Shown here in pieces: positions 8,447 to 18,733 of a DNA stretch of 64,000 bases. Below the pieces are notes generated by a model. It had not been told where the DNA came from, did not search any database, and saw only the letters and a program-made list of their open reading frames with translations. The stretch spans positions 1,632,001 through 1,696,000 of the forward strand of contig CP182352.1 of the NCBI GenBank assembly GCA_048571215.1. The letters run 5' to 3'. The number at the start of each line of letters is the position of its first letter. Within the stretch, counting starts at the first letter, position 1. Both the position numbers and the translations under genes were made by a program. Source of the DNA: Halarcobacter sp. (lineage in GTDB: Bacteria > Campylobacterota > Campylobacteria > Campylobacterales > Arcobacteraceae).

Positions 8447-10414
8447 CTAAGCTTTATACTCACTATATAATGCACTTACAACCTTATTTCTTCCACTATT
8501 TTTTGCTTCATACAAAGCAGAATCTACTTGAACTAATAATTCATCAATATTAAGTTTATTTTTATTTGTAACGACTCCAAAAGATGCTGTAAAATGTGGT
8601 AAAACTATTTTTCCTATTTTTATTTGTATTTCTGAGATTGCTATTCTTAGTCTTTCTGCAATTTTTGTTGCTTTTTTAATATTGGTATTTGGTAACAATA
8701 TAGAAAACTCTTCCCCACCTATTCTACCAATAATATCATTTTCTCTTAATATTTTTGTAGAACAATTAGCAACTTCTTGTAATACAATATCCCCCATTTT
8801 ATGTCCAAAACTGTCATTTATTCTTTTAAAATAGTCAATATCAAACATAATCAAAGATAAAATTTCTTCTGTTTTATAACTTCTTTCTATTTGTTCTTCT
8901 GCACTTTCAATAAAATATCGTCTATTTGGAATATCTGTTAGATAATCATAATAAGCTCTTTTTTCCAATTCTATACGTGCATTTCTATTTTCTATAGCAA
9001 TTGAAGCTAAATTTGCAGCAAAACTAATTCTTTCGATATCCTTTGAACTTGGAGTTGCAGAAGTTTTATGATATATAGCAAAAGTTCCCAATACTTTTCC
9101 ATTTGAAGATATAATTGGCTCAGACCAACATGCTTGTAAATTAGCTTTTAATGCCAAATCTTTGTAAGGTTCCCAATATTTATGAGTCTTTATATCCTCA
9201 ACTATAACCCTTTTTGCTAAATAAGCAGCTGTACCACAAGAACCAACACCCTCACCTATTTTTATTCCATCTACTGCTTGATTGTAAAATTCAGGTAAGT
9301 TTGGTGCAGAACCTGTAATTAGATGTTTTCCCTCTTTATCAAGTAATAAAACACTACATAAAGTATTTGGTTTTTCTCTTTCTATAGTTAAAACAATATT
9401 TTCTAAAATTTTGTCTAATGAACTATTTTTTGCAACCAACTCTAGCATAGTATCATGTGCTCTATTTCTTAGCTCACTTTTCCAATGTTCTGTTATATCA
9501 TTAAAACTGGTTAACCTTTTTTCACCAATCCAAGATACTCGAATACAAACCCTTTTTTCAGAACCATCTTTACATCTTATATTTACTTCAACAAAAGCAG
9601 GAGATATACCTTCTTCTTGTGCTTTTGATATTGCATCTTCCCAATGCTTAATAACTTCTTTTCTATATTTTTCATCAGGATAAGCTTTTTTATACCAAAT
9701 TTCAAGGGTAGGAATATCATCAATAGTGTAACCAAACTGCTTAGTAAACTGATGATTTAAATATTCAACTTTATCATCAATTGTACTCCAACCAATCCCA
9801 ACAGGAGAAAAATCTAAAATATCTTTTAAATGAATTGTTTTTTTATTAGATTCTTTTAACTCTTTTCTTAATCTTTTTTCATTTAATTTTGCAAGTCCAA
9901 TCTTTGCTAACATTTGAGCTGTCATAAGCATATTGTCAAGATATAATTCCATTTGTTTTTCAGAAACAATTGGTATTTTATTTATAGATTCCAAATATTT
10001 TTTTTCATCATAATTAAGAGTTTTGGCTTGTTGAGCAAAAAAAGCAATATTTGGTTTTTCATTTAGAACTTGACCTAAAAACAGTGTGGCCAAACGATTA
10101 CCCTCAATCTCAATAGGAGTTGCATAATCTATTAAACCATTTTTACATTTTTCACTACTAACAACTTTATCTTTTAATTTTTCCATTAGACAAAGATTAC
10201 TCTCTTCACAGAATTGTTTTGACTTAAGATTAGTTCTATGAAATAGATTGCAGGCATCTGTCCAACCTGACTGTGAGATAATAGTTCCATCATTACCAAC
10301 TAAGCCATTTGGGATACCAGTAGCTTTATAAAAACTATCTAACAACTTTATAAATTCATCTATATCAACTAAGTCACTAAACTTATAATCACTTTTATTC
10401 TCAATTATTTTCAT
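8447..10414 (-). CDS. Cytoplasmic diguanylate cyclase with PocR-PAS-GAF-GGDEF architecture
   Basis: PocR-type cysteines (CNLFHR, FCEES, CKNGL); GAF GSCGTAA; GGEEF with RxxD I-site (REND). Confidence 0.85.
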   Translation of the reverse strand: MKIIENKSDYKFSDLVDIDEFIKLLDSFYKATGIPNGLVGNDGTIISQSGWTDACNLFHRTNLKSKQFCEESNLCLMEKLKDKVVSSEKCKNGLIDYATPIEIEGNRLATLFLGQVLNEKPNIAFFAQQAKTLNYDEKKYLESINKIPIVSEKQMELYLDNMLMTAQMLAKIGLAKLNEKRLRKELKESNKKTIHLKDILDFSPVGIGWSTIDDKVEYLNHQFTKQFGYTIDDIPTLEIWYKKAYPDEKYRKEVIKHWEDAISKAQEEGISPAFVEVNIRCKDGSEKRVCIRVSWIGEKRLTSFNDITEHWKSELRNRAHDTMLELVAKNSSLDKILENIVLTIEREKPNTLCSVLLLDKEGKHLITGSAPNLPEFYNQAVDGIKIGEGVGSCGTAAYLAKRVIVEDIKTHKYWEPYKDLALKANLQACWSEPIISSNGKVLGTFAIYHKTSATPSSKDIERISFAANLASIAIENRNARIELEKRAYYDYLTDIPNRRYFIESAEEQIERSYKTEEILSLIMFDIDYFKRINDSFGHKMGDIVLQEVANCSTKILRENDIIGRIGGEEFSILLPNTNIKKATKIAERLRIAISEIQIKIGKIVLPHFTASFGVVTNKNKLNIDELLVQVDSALYEAKNSGRNKVVSALYSEYKA

Positions 10415-10562
10415 TATCCCACTTCACTTAAAGTTTCTATAAATTTTCATAAATAACTTTAAATCTTTTATTTTATAATTATATTGTATCATTTATTGGG
10501 TCAAACTCATAGTTTATAAAATAAGATACCAAGAATAACTTTCTATTTTTTAAATAGATCTA

Positions 10563-11413
10563 TTAACAGCTTTTCCTAGATATTTATTTCAATAATTCAT
10601 ATGGTTCAATATTAAAAAGCTTTGCTAGTTTATAAATATGTTCTAAATTAAAATGTTTTCCATATTTACAATTTTCACAATTTGAATAAAATGAAACAGA
10701 GTTTATACCAATTTGTGTTGCAACACTTGATTGGTTCAAACCTTTTTCTATTCTTATATTTTTAATATTTGAAGATATTTTTTTAAGAAAAATATCAACT
10801 TCAGATTCATTTATTGTGCTTAATAAACTCATTTATTAATAATCCTATTTTAATATGATTTATAAAACTATCTTTTTATATATTTTTTATTTTAGAATAA
10901 AAAAGTAATCATTAATAGGCTTTTTATGTTAGTTAATTGTATTATTTAACTGTTTTAATGAAAAAAAATTTTTTAAGTTTAAATTTTTATTTAGTATTAC
11001 CTTTTACTACTTGATCTAGGTTACACTAAATATGACATAAAAAAGTAGTATCTTAAAATAAATATTGAGAATCAAATGTAAAAAAGGTAAATACAAAAAA
11101 GAGTTCAAAGAATCAATAATAAATTTATGTTTAAAAATAATGATAAATCAATATAACCTTATAGTAAATCAGTTGTTATACCAAACTCTATAATTACTAT
11201 TTGAAATATGTATATAAATTAATATTATTAAATAAATATATTAGATTATTATAATTGCTTAGATTTTTTAACAGCTTTTTCTAGTTATTATTTCAATAAT
11301 TCACATGGTTCAATATTAAAAAGCTTTGCTAGTTTATAAATATGTCCTAAATTAAAATGTTTTCCATATTTGCAGTTTTCACAATTTGAATAAAATGCAA
11401 CTGAGTTTATACC
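10563..11413. repeat. About 146-bp direct repeat (10563-10709 and 11268-11413) covering the 3' halves of both XRE genes plus about 20 bp past the stops
   Basis: By-eye alignment shows roughly 9 differences. Confidence 0.9.
10584..10832 (-). CDS. XRE-family helix-turn-helix regulator (paralog A)
   Basis: IKNIRIEKGLNQSSVATQIG...YSNCEN...KLAKLFNI. Confidence 0.85.
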   Translation of the reverse strand: MSLLSTINESEVDIFLKKISSNIKNIRIEKGLNQSSVATQIGINSVSFYSNCENCKYGKHFNLEHIYKLAKLFNIEPYELLK

Positions 11414-11536
11414 TATATCTAAGGCAACATCTAATTGCTTTAAATTTTTTTCTAATCTTCTTCTTTTGATATTTTTTGATATTTTTTGATGAAATATATC
11501 AATCTCGAACTGAGATGAATTAGTAAAAATATTCAT
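11288..11536 (-). CDS. XRE-family helix-turn-helix regulator (paralog B)
   Basis: IKRRRLEKNLKQLDVALDIG...YSNCEN...KLAKLFNI. Confidence 0.85.
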   Translation of the reverse strand: MNIFTNSSQFEIDIFHQKISKNIKRRRLEKNLKQLDVALDIGINSVAFYSNCENCKYGKHFNLGHIYKLAKLFNIEPCELLK

Positions 11537-11664
11537 TTTTATTTATTCCTGTAAAACTATTATATTAATATTAACACTATAAAATATGTAAATTAGAAAA
11601 GTGTTAAAGTAGAAAAATATTTAATTAAAAAATCTATATTATATACTTAGAAATTTTTTTTATC

Positions 11665-11682
11665 TTTATCCCATAGGATAAA
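11665..11682. promoter_or_regulatory. Palindromic candidate operator 1
   Basis: TTTATCCCATAGGATAAA, one mismatch from a perfect palindrome. Confidence 0.65.
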
Positions 11683-11735
11683 TTTGATTATTAGAGGATA
11701 AAGAATACTATTTCATATACAAAATACTTTTATGT

Positions 11736-11801
11736 ATTTTTACATTATTAAATTTTTTATACATAAATTATTTAATACATTTTTACATTATTAAATTTTT
11801 T
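11736..11801. repeat. 23-bp exact direct repeat at 43-bp period
   Basis: ATTTTTACATTATTAAATTTTTT at 11736 and 11779. Confidence 0.75.
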
Positions 11802-11850
11802 TATATATTTATTAATAGTTTATATATAAATTATTAAATATAGAAGCTAA

Positions 11851-11868
11851 TTTATCCTATAGGATATA
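11851..11868. promoter_or_regulatory. Palindromic candidate operator 2
   Basis: TTTATCCTATAGGATATA, perfect core TATCCTATAGGATA. Confidence 0.65.
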
Positions 11869-11933
11869 GATTATAACTTAAATATAAGAGTAAGATAATA
11901 ATTAACTATTACATAATAAAATTAAATTAAAAG

Positions 11934-12620
11934 ATGCCTATGAATAAAAATGATTTATTTAGTGAAAAAGATTCTAGAATTTTACAATTGGCTGATGTAA
12001 TGACAAATGTAATGGATGAATGTAAAACTTCACTAAGTAAAATATATACTATTTCCTCTGGTACTTTGCTTAATAGTGAACATAATTTAGTAACAGAATA
12101 CATGTATACTGACACATTAATTAAAATAAATGAAAATATTAAATCAATTATAAATACTATTAATTATCTTGATATTTTTATATCTAGTAAAAAAGAGATA
12201 AAATCATTTAATATTAATAGTACTTTGCAGAATATATTATCTTTTCTTACTCCTCTTTTAAAAAAACATAACATCTCTATTAAAACTGATTGTTTTACTG
12301 CCAATTATATTATTGGATATGAGAATGAATTATCACAAATATTTTTACATATTTTAACTTCACTAATAAATATTTTGAAAAATGAAACAAAATCTAAATT
12401 TATAGTAATTAAGACAAAAAAAAACAAAAATAAAACAAAAATTATGATTAACAGTAGTGGTGGAGATATAGATGATATTCCTTTAGATATGAGTCTATAT
12501 ATATCAAAGAAGATTATCGAAGAATATTACAAAGGAGAAATTACAATAACAAATAGTAAATTTAAAGAAACAAGTGTTCATGGAATAGAGTTTTGTATTC
12601 ACTTAAGTAATATTGAATAA
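11934..12620 (+). CDS. Degenerate (pseudo) histidine kinase, DHp plus HATPase fold only
   Basis: Aligns by eye to the kinase core of 49093-51282, with the H-box His replaced by Asp, the N and G1 boxes degenerate, and the F/G2 lid deleted. Confidence 0.7.
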   Translation: MPMNKNDLFSEKDSRILQLADVMTNVMDECKTSLSKIYTISSGTLLNSEHNLVTEYMYTDTLIKINENIKSIINTINYLDIFISSKKEIKSFNINSTLQNILSFLTPLLKKHNISIKTDCFTANYIIGYENELSQIFLHILTSLINILKNETKSKFIVIKTKKNKNKTKIMINSSGGDIDDIPLDMSLYISKKIIEEYYKGEITITNSKFKETSVHGIEFCIHLSNIE

Positions 12621-12684
12621 TATAATCAAAATTGTTTAATTTAAGTTCTAATAATAAATAGAAGAATAAAAAGGGAGAAAAAAT

Positions 12685-15009
12685 ATGTTTAAAAATATGA
12701 CAATCAAAATGAAGTTAGTTTCTTCATTTATTTTAATAATTGGATTAATTCTCTGCTTAGCAGGATATAGTATATATTCAATTAATAAAGCAGGTGATGG
12801 ATTTAATTCATACCGAGAGATGGCAAAAGACACTGTTCTAGCTTCTCGTGTTCAAGCAAAAATGTTAGAGACAAGAATTAGTGCTATTAAGTATTTAGGT
12901 TCAGCTACACAAAAAAATATAGATAAGTTCGAAGATTCTTACAAAGAAACAGAAAAATTTATTAATATAGCAAAAAAAGAGATTCAAAATCCAACTCGTG
13001 CTCCAAAAGTATTGGAAATAGATAAAGATTTAAAAGAATACAAAGATAGCTTTTATGAAATAGTAAAATATACAAAAAATAAAGATAAAATATTAAATAC
13101 CATATTAAATGTAGATGGTAAAAAAATTGAAACTATTTTATCTTCTGTTTTTAAAGCTACAAAAAATGAAAGAGATCATGAAACTTCTTATCTCACAGGT
13201 TCAGCAATTAGAAGCTTATTATTAGCACGACTTTATACAATGAAGTTTTTAGGGACGGAGTCTAAAGATGACTACAATAGAGTACAAAGTGAATTTGATA
13301 TTTTGTCTAAAAACTTAACTGCACTAAAGAGTACTATAAAAAACACTAATAGAATAAGTAAACTTGATGAAGCAATTGATTTAATACAAAAATATACAAA
13401 AGCAGTAACAGATATATATGATAACACGATTAAAAGAAGAGAAGTAGTTGATGAAAAACTAAATGTAATTGGTCCTGAAATTGCAAATTTAAGTGAAGAG
13501 GTTAAATTATCAATTAAAGCAGATCAAGATTTAATTGGACCAGCTGTTAAAAAATTAAATTCAAATATAAAATCATTAATTACAATAATATCTATAGTAA
13601 TATTAGCTTTAATAATTTTCTTAGCAATTGTATTACCAAGAAATATAACTTCCTTATTAAATACTTTCCAAACAGGATTAATAGACTTCTTTAAATACTT
13701 AAATCGAGAGATACCAGAAGTAGAATTAATAAAAATCGACTCAACAGATGAATTTGGAAATATGGCAAAAGTAGTAAATGAAAATATAGAGAAAACAAAA
13801 ATAGGAATAGAAGAAGATAGGAAATTAATAGATGAGACTATTGCAGTATTAGGAGAGTTTGAACAAGGTGACTTAGTACAAAGATTAGATTTAAATGTAT
13901 CAAACCCAGCTTTAATGCAACTAAAAGATGTACTAAATAAAATGGCAGATAATTTAGAAAATAATATTAACAATGTACTAGATATTGTAGAAGAATACTC
14001 GTCATATAATTATTTAAATAAGATATCTACAAAAAACTTAAAAAAACATCTTTTAAAATTAGCCTCAGGAGTAAATAACTTAGGTGATTCAATAACAGAA
14101 ATGTTAGTAGAAAATAAATCAAATGGTTTAACACTAGACAAGAGTTCAAATAGTTTATTAAATAATGTAGATAAACTAAATCAAAGTTCAAATGAAGCTG
14201 CAAGTTCACTTGAAGAAACAGCTGCAGCATTAGAAGAGATAACAAGTAATATTAGAAGTAATACAGAAAATATAGCAAAAATGTCTCAACTATCAACTGG
14301 AGTAAGTGCATCAGCAAACAAAGGTGAAAAACTAGCTAATGATACCACAGTAGCTATGGAAGATATCAATATACAAGTCACTGCAATAAAAGAAGCTATA
14401 ACGGTAATAGACCAAATAGCTTTCCAAACAAATATCCTAAGCTTAAATGCAGCAGTAGAAGCAGCAACTGCAGGCGAAGCAGGTAAAGGATTTGCCGTAG
14501 TTGCAGGTGAAGTACGAAATCTAGCTTCAAGAAGTGCTGAAGCAGCAAGTGAGATAAAATCATTAGTTGAAAATGCAACAAGTAAAGCAAATGATGGAAA
14601 AGATATAGCTGGAGAGATGATAAAAGGATATAAAATGTTAAATGAAGATATCCTAAAAACAACAAATCTAATCTCCGATATTGAAAATGCTTCGAAAGAA
14701 CAACTTACAGGAATAGAACAAATCAATGATGCAGTAAATCAATTAGATCAGCAAACACAAGAGAATGCAATGATAGCATCTGAGACACAAGATATAGCAA
14801 GCCTAACAGATCAAATAGCTAAATTTATAGTAAGTGATGCCGATACTAAAGAGTTCAAAGGGAAAGATACTGTTATGGCTAAAGAAAGTGAAAAAAAAGA
14901 AAAAGACAATATGCCAATCGAAAAAGAAACTAAGCAAAAAACAAACTCTAAAACAAAAGATGAAGTTATTAAAGCAAAAAAAGATAGCGATGATTGGGAG
15001 AGTTTTTAA
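12685..15009 (+). CDS. Methyl-accepting chemotaxis protein with a large helical (HBM-like) periplasmic sensor
   Basis: Two TM helices; [38 protein letters not shown]-terminal DWESF pentapeptide. Confidence 0.95.
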   Translation: MFKNMTIKMKLVSSFILIIGLILCLAGYSIYSINKAGDGFNSYREMAKDTVLASRVQAKMLETRISAIKYLGSATQKNIDKFEDSYKETEKFINIAKKEIQNPTRAPKVLEIDKDLKEYKDSFYEIVKYTKNKDKILNTILNVDGKKIETILSSVFKATKNERDHETSYLTGSAIRSLLLARLYTMKFLGTESKDDYNRVQSEFDILSKNLTALKSTIKNTNRISKLDEAIDLIQKYTKAVTDIYDNTIKRREVVDEKLNVIGPEIANLSEEVKLSIKADQDLIGPAVKKLNSNIKSLITIISIVILALIIFLAIVLPRNITSLLNTFQTGLIDFFKYLNREIPEVELIKIDSTDEFGNMAKVVNENIEKTKIGIEEDRKLIDETIAVLGEFEQGDLVQRLDLNVSNPALMQLKDVLNKMADNLENNINNVLDIVEEYSSYNYLNKISTKNLKKHLLKLASGVNNLGDSITEMLVENKSNGLTLDKSSNSLLNNVDKLNQSSNEAASSLEETAAALEEITSNIRSNTENIAKMSQLSTGVSASANKGEKLANDTTVAMEDINIQVTAIKEAITVIDQIAFQTNILSLNAAVEAATAGEAGKGFAVVAGEVRNLASRSAEAASEIKSLVENATSKANDGKDIAGEMIKGYKMLNEDILKTTNLISDIENASKEQLTGIEQINDAVNQLDQQTQENAMIASETQDIASLTDQIAKFIVSDADTKEFKGKDTVMAKESEKKEKDNMPIEKETKQKTNSKTKDEVIKAKKDSDDWESF

Positions 15010-15029
15010 ATATAAACTCAAAAATCTAA

Positions 15030-15059
15030 AATTATGATAGGATAAGTCCTATCATAATT
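15030..15059 (+). terminator. Intrinsic terminator hairpin after the MCP gene
   Basis: AATTATGATAGGA-TAAG-TCCTATCATAATT. Confidence 0.7.
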
Positions 15060-15111
15060 GAACTTAATTGGATTGTTATAGATTAACTAGTATAATTAAA
15101 TTATGAAAAAC

Positions 15112-16441
15112 GAGACCGTTCAAAAATCTGTGTCAAGTCACCTAAAGTAACAAATCCATACTTGTTACAACTCTAAATAATTATCCAATCTCCCTTCGAA
15201 AAATATAGCAAGTTGGGAGATTGTTAAACTCCAATTATGCACTGGCTGAGTCCATTTTACTTTTGCATTTAATATTCCCATATACAACAATTTTAAAAGT
15301 GAATTCTCATTAGGGAAAGCTCCTTTTGTTTTGGTTAATTTTCTAAATTGCCTATGTACAGATTCAATAATATTTGTAGTGTACATAATCTTTCTTATCT
15401 CTTTTGGATATTTAAAATAATAAGATAAATTCTCCCATTTATTTTGCCAAGATTGAAGTACTATGGGATATCTTTTCCCCCATTTTTCATCTAGTTTTAA
15501 AAGCTCATCTTCTGCAAGTTCTTTTGTTGTTGCTTGATAAACAAGTTTTAAATCTCTCATAAACTCTTTTTGGTCTTTAGAAGCTACATACTTCAATGAA
15601 TTACGAATTTGATGTACAACACAAAGTTGTACTTCGGTATTTGGATATATTGTTTTAATAGCTTCAGGAAAGCCTTTAAGACCATCTACTGATGCAATTA
15701 GTATATCTTCTAATCCTCTATTATTTAAATCAGTAAGAACACTAAGCCAGAAGTTTGCTCCTTCACTTTGGGATAAATATAATCCTAATATATCTTTTTT
15801 ACCATCAATTCCCATCCCTAAAACTGTGTAAACTGCTTTACTCACATACTTCCCACCATCTTTTATTTTATAATGTATCGCATCAAGCCATACAAATGGA
15901 TAAATAGCTTCTAAAGGTCTACTTTGCCAAGCTTTTACCTTATCTATAATTTTATCTGTAATAGTGCTTATTGTTGCACTTGATAATTGTATTTGATATA
16001 TCTCTTCAATATGTTTTATAATATCTCTATAGCTTAATCCTAAGCCATACATAGATAATATCTTTTCTTCTATTTCATTAGACATTGTTGTTTGGTTTTT
16101 CTTTACAAGTTGTGGTTCAAAAGAACCTGTTCTATCTCTTGGAGTATTCAATTCAAAGGAACCACTTGTTGATTTTATTGTTTTAGAGCTTTTACCATTC
16201 TTTCTATTTTTATTTCCTGCAAATACATCTTGAGTTATATGAGAATCTAATTCTGCTTCTAAAGCAGCTTCAACTAATTGTTTTACTAATGGAGCAAGTA
16301 CTCCATCTTTACCATTGATATTTTTACCTGCAAGTAAATCTTGTACAGCTTCATTAAAATCAAATTGTTTTTTCTTTTCCATCTATATCAATCCTTATAA
16401 TATTTATTATATCAGACTGACACAGATTTTCTAACACTCCC
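15112..16441 (-). mobile_element. IS256-family insertion sequence, copy 1 (1330 bp)
   Basis: Imperfect terminal IRs GGGAGTGTTAGAAAATCTGTGTCA and GAGACCGTTCAAAAATCTGTGTCA (19/24). Flanks TGAAAAAC and TGAAAATC. Confidence 0.95.
15165..16382 (-). CDS. IS256-family DDE transposase
   Basis: PRDRTGSFEP, VWLDA, VDGLKGFPEAI, QLCVVHQIRN, YTTNIIES. Confidence 0.97.
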   Translation of the reverse strand: MEKKKQFDFNEAVQDLLAGKNINGKDGVLAPLVKQLVEAALEAELDSHITQDVFAGNKNRKNGKSSKTIKSTSGSFELNTPRDRTGSFEPQLVKKNQTTMSNEIEEKILSMYGLGLSYRDIIKHIEEIYQIQLSSATISTITDKIIDKVKAWQSRPLEAIYPFVWLDAIHYKIKDGGKYVSKAVYTVLGMGIDGKKDILGLYLSQSEGANFWLSVLTDLNNRGLEDILIASVDGLKGFPEAIKTIYPNTEVQLCVVHQIRNSLKYVASKDQKEFMRDLKLVYQATTKELAEDELLKLDEKWGKRYPIVLQSWQNKWENLSYYFKYPKEIRKIMYTTNIIESVHRQFRKLTKTKGAFPNENSLLKLLYMGILNAKVKWTQPVHNWSLTISQLAIFFEGRLDNYLEL

Positions 16442-16944
16442 TGAAAATCAATTATATAATAGCTTTTTTATTGATTTTATTATCAATACTTTTAACTATC
16501 TTAGTTCCTGGTGGACCTATAGAAACTAGAGATTTTTCTTCTTATTCTCCTTTTGTTCTTACTTTGTTTAATATTTTTCTTACATCGCTTGGGATTTTAA
16601 GTTTTCTAGGTGCTTATTTAGTAATAAAAAATAAAGCGTACTCTATAATTATCTCAGCATTTTTTGCAATATGTTATATTGCTGTTTATATTTCTGATTT
16701 ATTTAAAATATTTCCTGTAAGCCCAATACCCATGCCTCAAACACTTTTTATAATTGAAGTTGTTAGTACGATTTTGGGATTTGTATTATTATATATTTGT
16801 ATAAAATATAATAACTTTGAAAGTAAAAACAAAGAAAATATCACTTTAAAACTCTCTTTTTATAAGATAATTTCACTTTTAGTGGTTTTATTATTTGCTA
16901 TAGGAATAGTGGTTTTTGCAACAAAATCAGCAATGGGACAATAA
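16442..16944 (+). pseudogene. Membrane protein gene interrupted at codons 1-3 by IS256 (original ATG at 15103)
   Basis: Removing the IS and one target copy gives ATG AAA A(A/T)C AAT TAT ATA ATA GCT TTT TTA TTG, in frame with ORF 16471-16944 (VPGGPIETRDF). Confidence 0.8.
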
Positions 16945-17388
16945 CATAGTAAAATTAGTCAATTCGATATTGCCTCTTTTAACCCTATTTTTCTTTAATA
17001 CTTTAAAACCAAACTTCTCAAAAAATGGTTTTGCAGTGATACTTGCATCAACTTTTAAAAGAGTTTGTTCCTTCTGTTTTGCTATTTTAAAAATATGATT
17101 TATAAGCATTTTCCCTACACCACAACCTTGATACTGATGGTGCACATAAAAACAATCAATATAATCCTCATAAAACTCTGCAAATCCTACAAGTTTTTTA
17201 TCCACAATTGCTAAATAGGGTTTTGTTTTAGCTAATCTTTCTTCCCAAGCTTTATAATCAATATCTAAATTTGCCCAAGCGTTTAATTGCTGTTTTGTAT
17301 AATCTTTATGGCATGTTTTATAAATGGTATTGGTAAATAATTCAGGAATCTCTTTTTGATATTTTTCATCATATTTTATTATTTGCAT
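16927..17388 (-). CDS. GNAT acetyltransferase (YafP-like)
   Basis: QLNAWA, FYVHHQYQGCGVG, ASITAKPFFEKFGF. Confidence 0.9.
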   Translation of the reverse strand: MQIIKYDEKYQKEIPELFTNTIYKTCHKDYTKQQLNAWANLDIDYKAWEERLAKTKPYLAIVDKKLVGFAEFYEDYIDCFYVHHQYQGCGVGKMLINHIFKIAKQKEQTLLKVDASITAKPFFEKFGFKVLKKNRVKRGNIELTNFTMLLSHC

Positions 17389-17414
17389 TTTATTCCTTTT
17401 TGTCTCTATACAAA

Positions 17415-18719
17415 CTACATATTTTCTAAACTATATCCAATATATTGTATTTCATATTTTTTAAAATTTTTTTCCAATTTTTTAGACTTTTCTTCTAACA
17501 CATCTAGATTTATTTTCTTAATATTTAATTTCACTTCAGCTATTAAAACTTTTTTCTCTAGTTCATTTAGTGCAACTATATCTATTTCATTTTGATTTGA
17601 TTTTTCCCAATAAGTTCCTAATTGAGAATATTTTTTTTCAAGTTGTAACTTTTCTATAAAATACTTTTCTAAGAATTTTCCACTATACATAGAAAAGTCT
17701 CTTTTGATTATATCTTTAACAAAGTCATAATTTTCAATCTCAATTGCACTTTTATATTTATAGATAAATCTAAACCAAAAGTTAAAATAATTATCAATTA
17801 TCGCATATTTGACAATCCTGCTTCCCTCTTTTGCAAATATAGGTTTTATCTTTTTTATCAGAGTATAATCATTTTCTAATCTTTCTAAATATCCACCGAT
17901 ATTTTTTTCTAAAATTGATTCAATCTGGCTTCGTGAAGTTTTAGAACTAGCTATTAAAGATAAAATTGAGAAGTATGTAGTGTATTCTTTGCCAAACTCT
18001 TCTACCAGTAAATTTTTACCCTCTTCTAAAAATAGTGAAAAATCACTAAATATTACTTCTAATTGCTTCTCAAAAGTAAAAGCTTGTTTTTCTACAAAAA
18101 TCTCTACATATTTAGCAACTCCACCTGTAAATATATAAAATGATAACAAATCTTTATTTTTATACTTTGGATAATTTTCTTCTAAAATCTTTTTTAAAGT
18201 ATTTACAGTGAAACTTTTTAGATGAATTTTATTATTTGCTCTACCAAATAAAGGTTCTTTTTTATCTTCAAATATTTTTTTCATCAATGAATATATAGAA
18301 CCACTTAAAACTAAGTTCATTTTAGACTTATCTTTATACTCATCCCAAATATTTTGCATATCACTATAAATAGAACTGTTTATTTGTAAAAACTCTTGAA
18401 ACTCATCTATTACAAGAGTAAAGGAAGTTGTAATAGATAGGTTCATTAGATATTCAAATAAATTTTTAAAAGATGTAAACTGTCCAAAAACTTTTACTGA
18501 TAAGGTACTTTCTATAATATCGATAAACTCAGCACAAAGTAAAGCTTCATTTTTTTTTGATACAAAAAAATATACTTTTTCTTTATATGCTTCTTTTATA
18601 AGTTTTGTTTTACCAATCCTTCTTCTACCAACTATAACAGTCATCTTTGAAGAGGACAATGAAGACTTTTGTATATCTCTTAAGTTTTGTAGTTCTTTTT
18701 CTCTATTGTAAAATTTCAT
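17415..18719 (-). CDS. Archaeal-type AAA ATPase with C-terminal DUF234 PD-(D/E)xK-like domain
   Basis: FYNREKEL, GRRRIGKT, VIDEFQ, FWFRFI, EIDIVAL...IAEVK. Confidence 0.88.
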   Translation of the reverse strand: MKFYNREKELQNLRDIQKSSLSSSKMTVIVGRRRIGKTKLIKEAYKEKVYFFVSKKNEALLCAEFIDIIESTLSVKVFGQFTSFKNLFEYLMNLSITTSFTLVIDEFQEFLQINSSIYSDMQNIWDEYKDKSKMNLVLSGSIYSLMKKIFEDKKEPLFGRANNKIHLKSFTVNTLKKILEENYPKYKNKDLLSFYIFTGGVAKYVEIFVEKQAFTFEKQLEVIFSDFSLFLEEGKNLLVEEFGKEYTTYFSILSLIASSKTSRSQIESILEKNIGGYLERLENDYTLIKKIKPIFAKEGSRIVKYAIIDNYFNFWFRFIYKYKSAIEIENYDFVKDIIKRDFSMYSGKFLEKYFIEKLQLEKKYSQLGTYWEKSNQNEIDIVALNELEKKVLIAEVKLNIKKINLDVLEEKSKKLEKNFKKYEIQYIGYSLENM

Positions 18720-18733
18720 CTTATCTCTTTATA

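Noticed and set aside
5546..11801. The short repeat sets at 5546-5586 and 11736-11801 as CRISPR arrays or iterons
   Set aside because: Too few or too short units, no unique spacers, and no cas or rep gene in the window.
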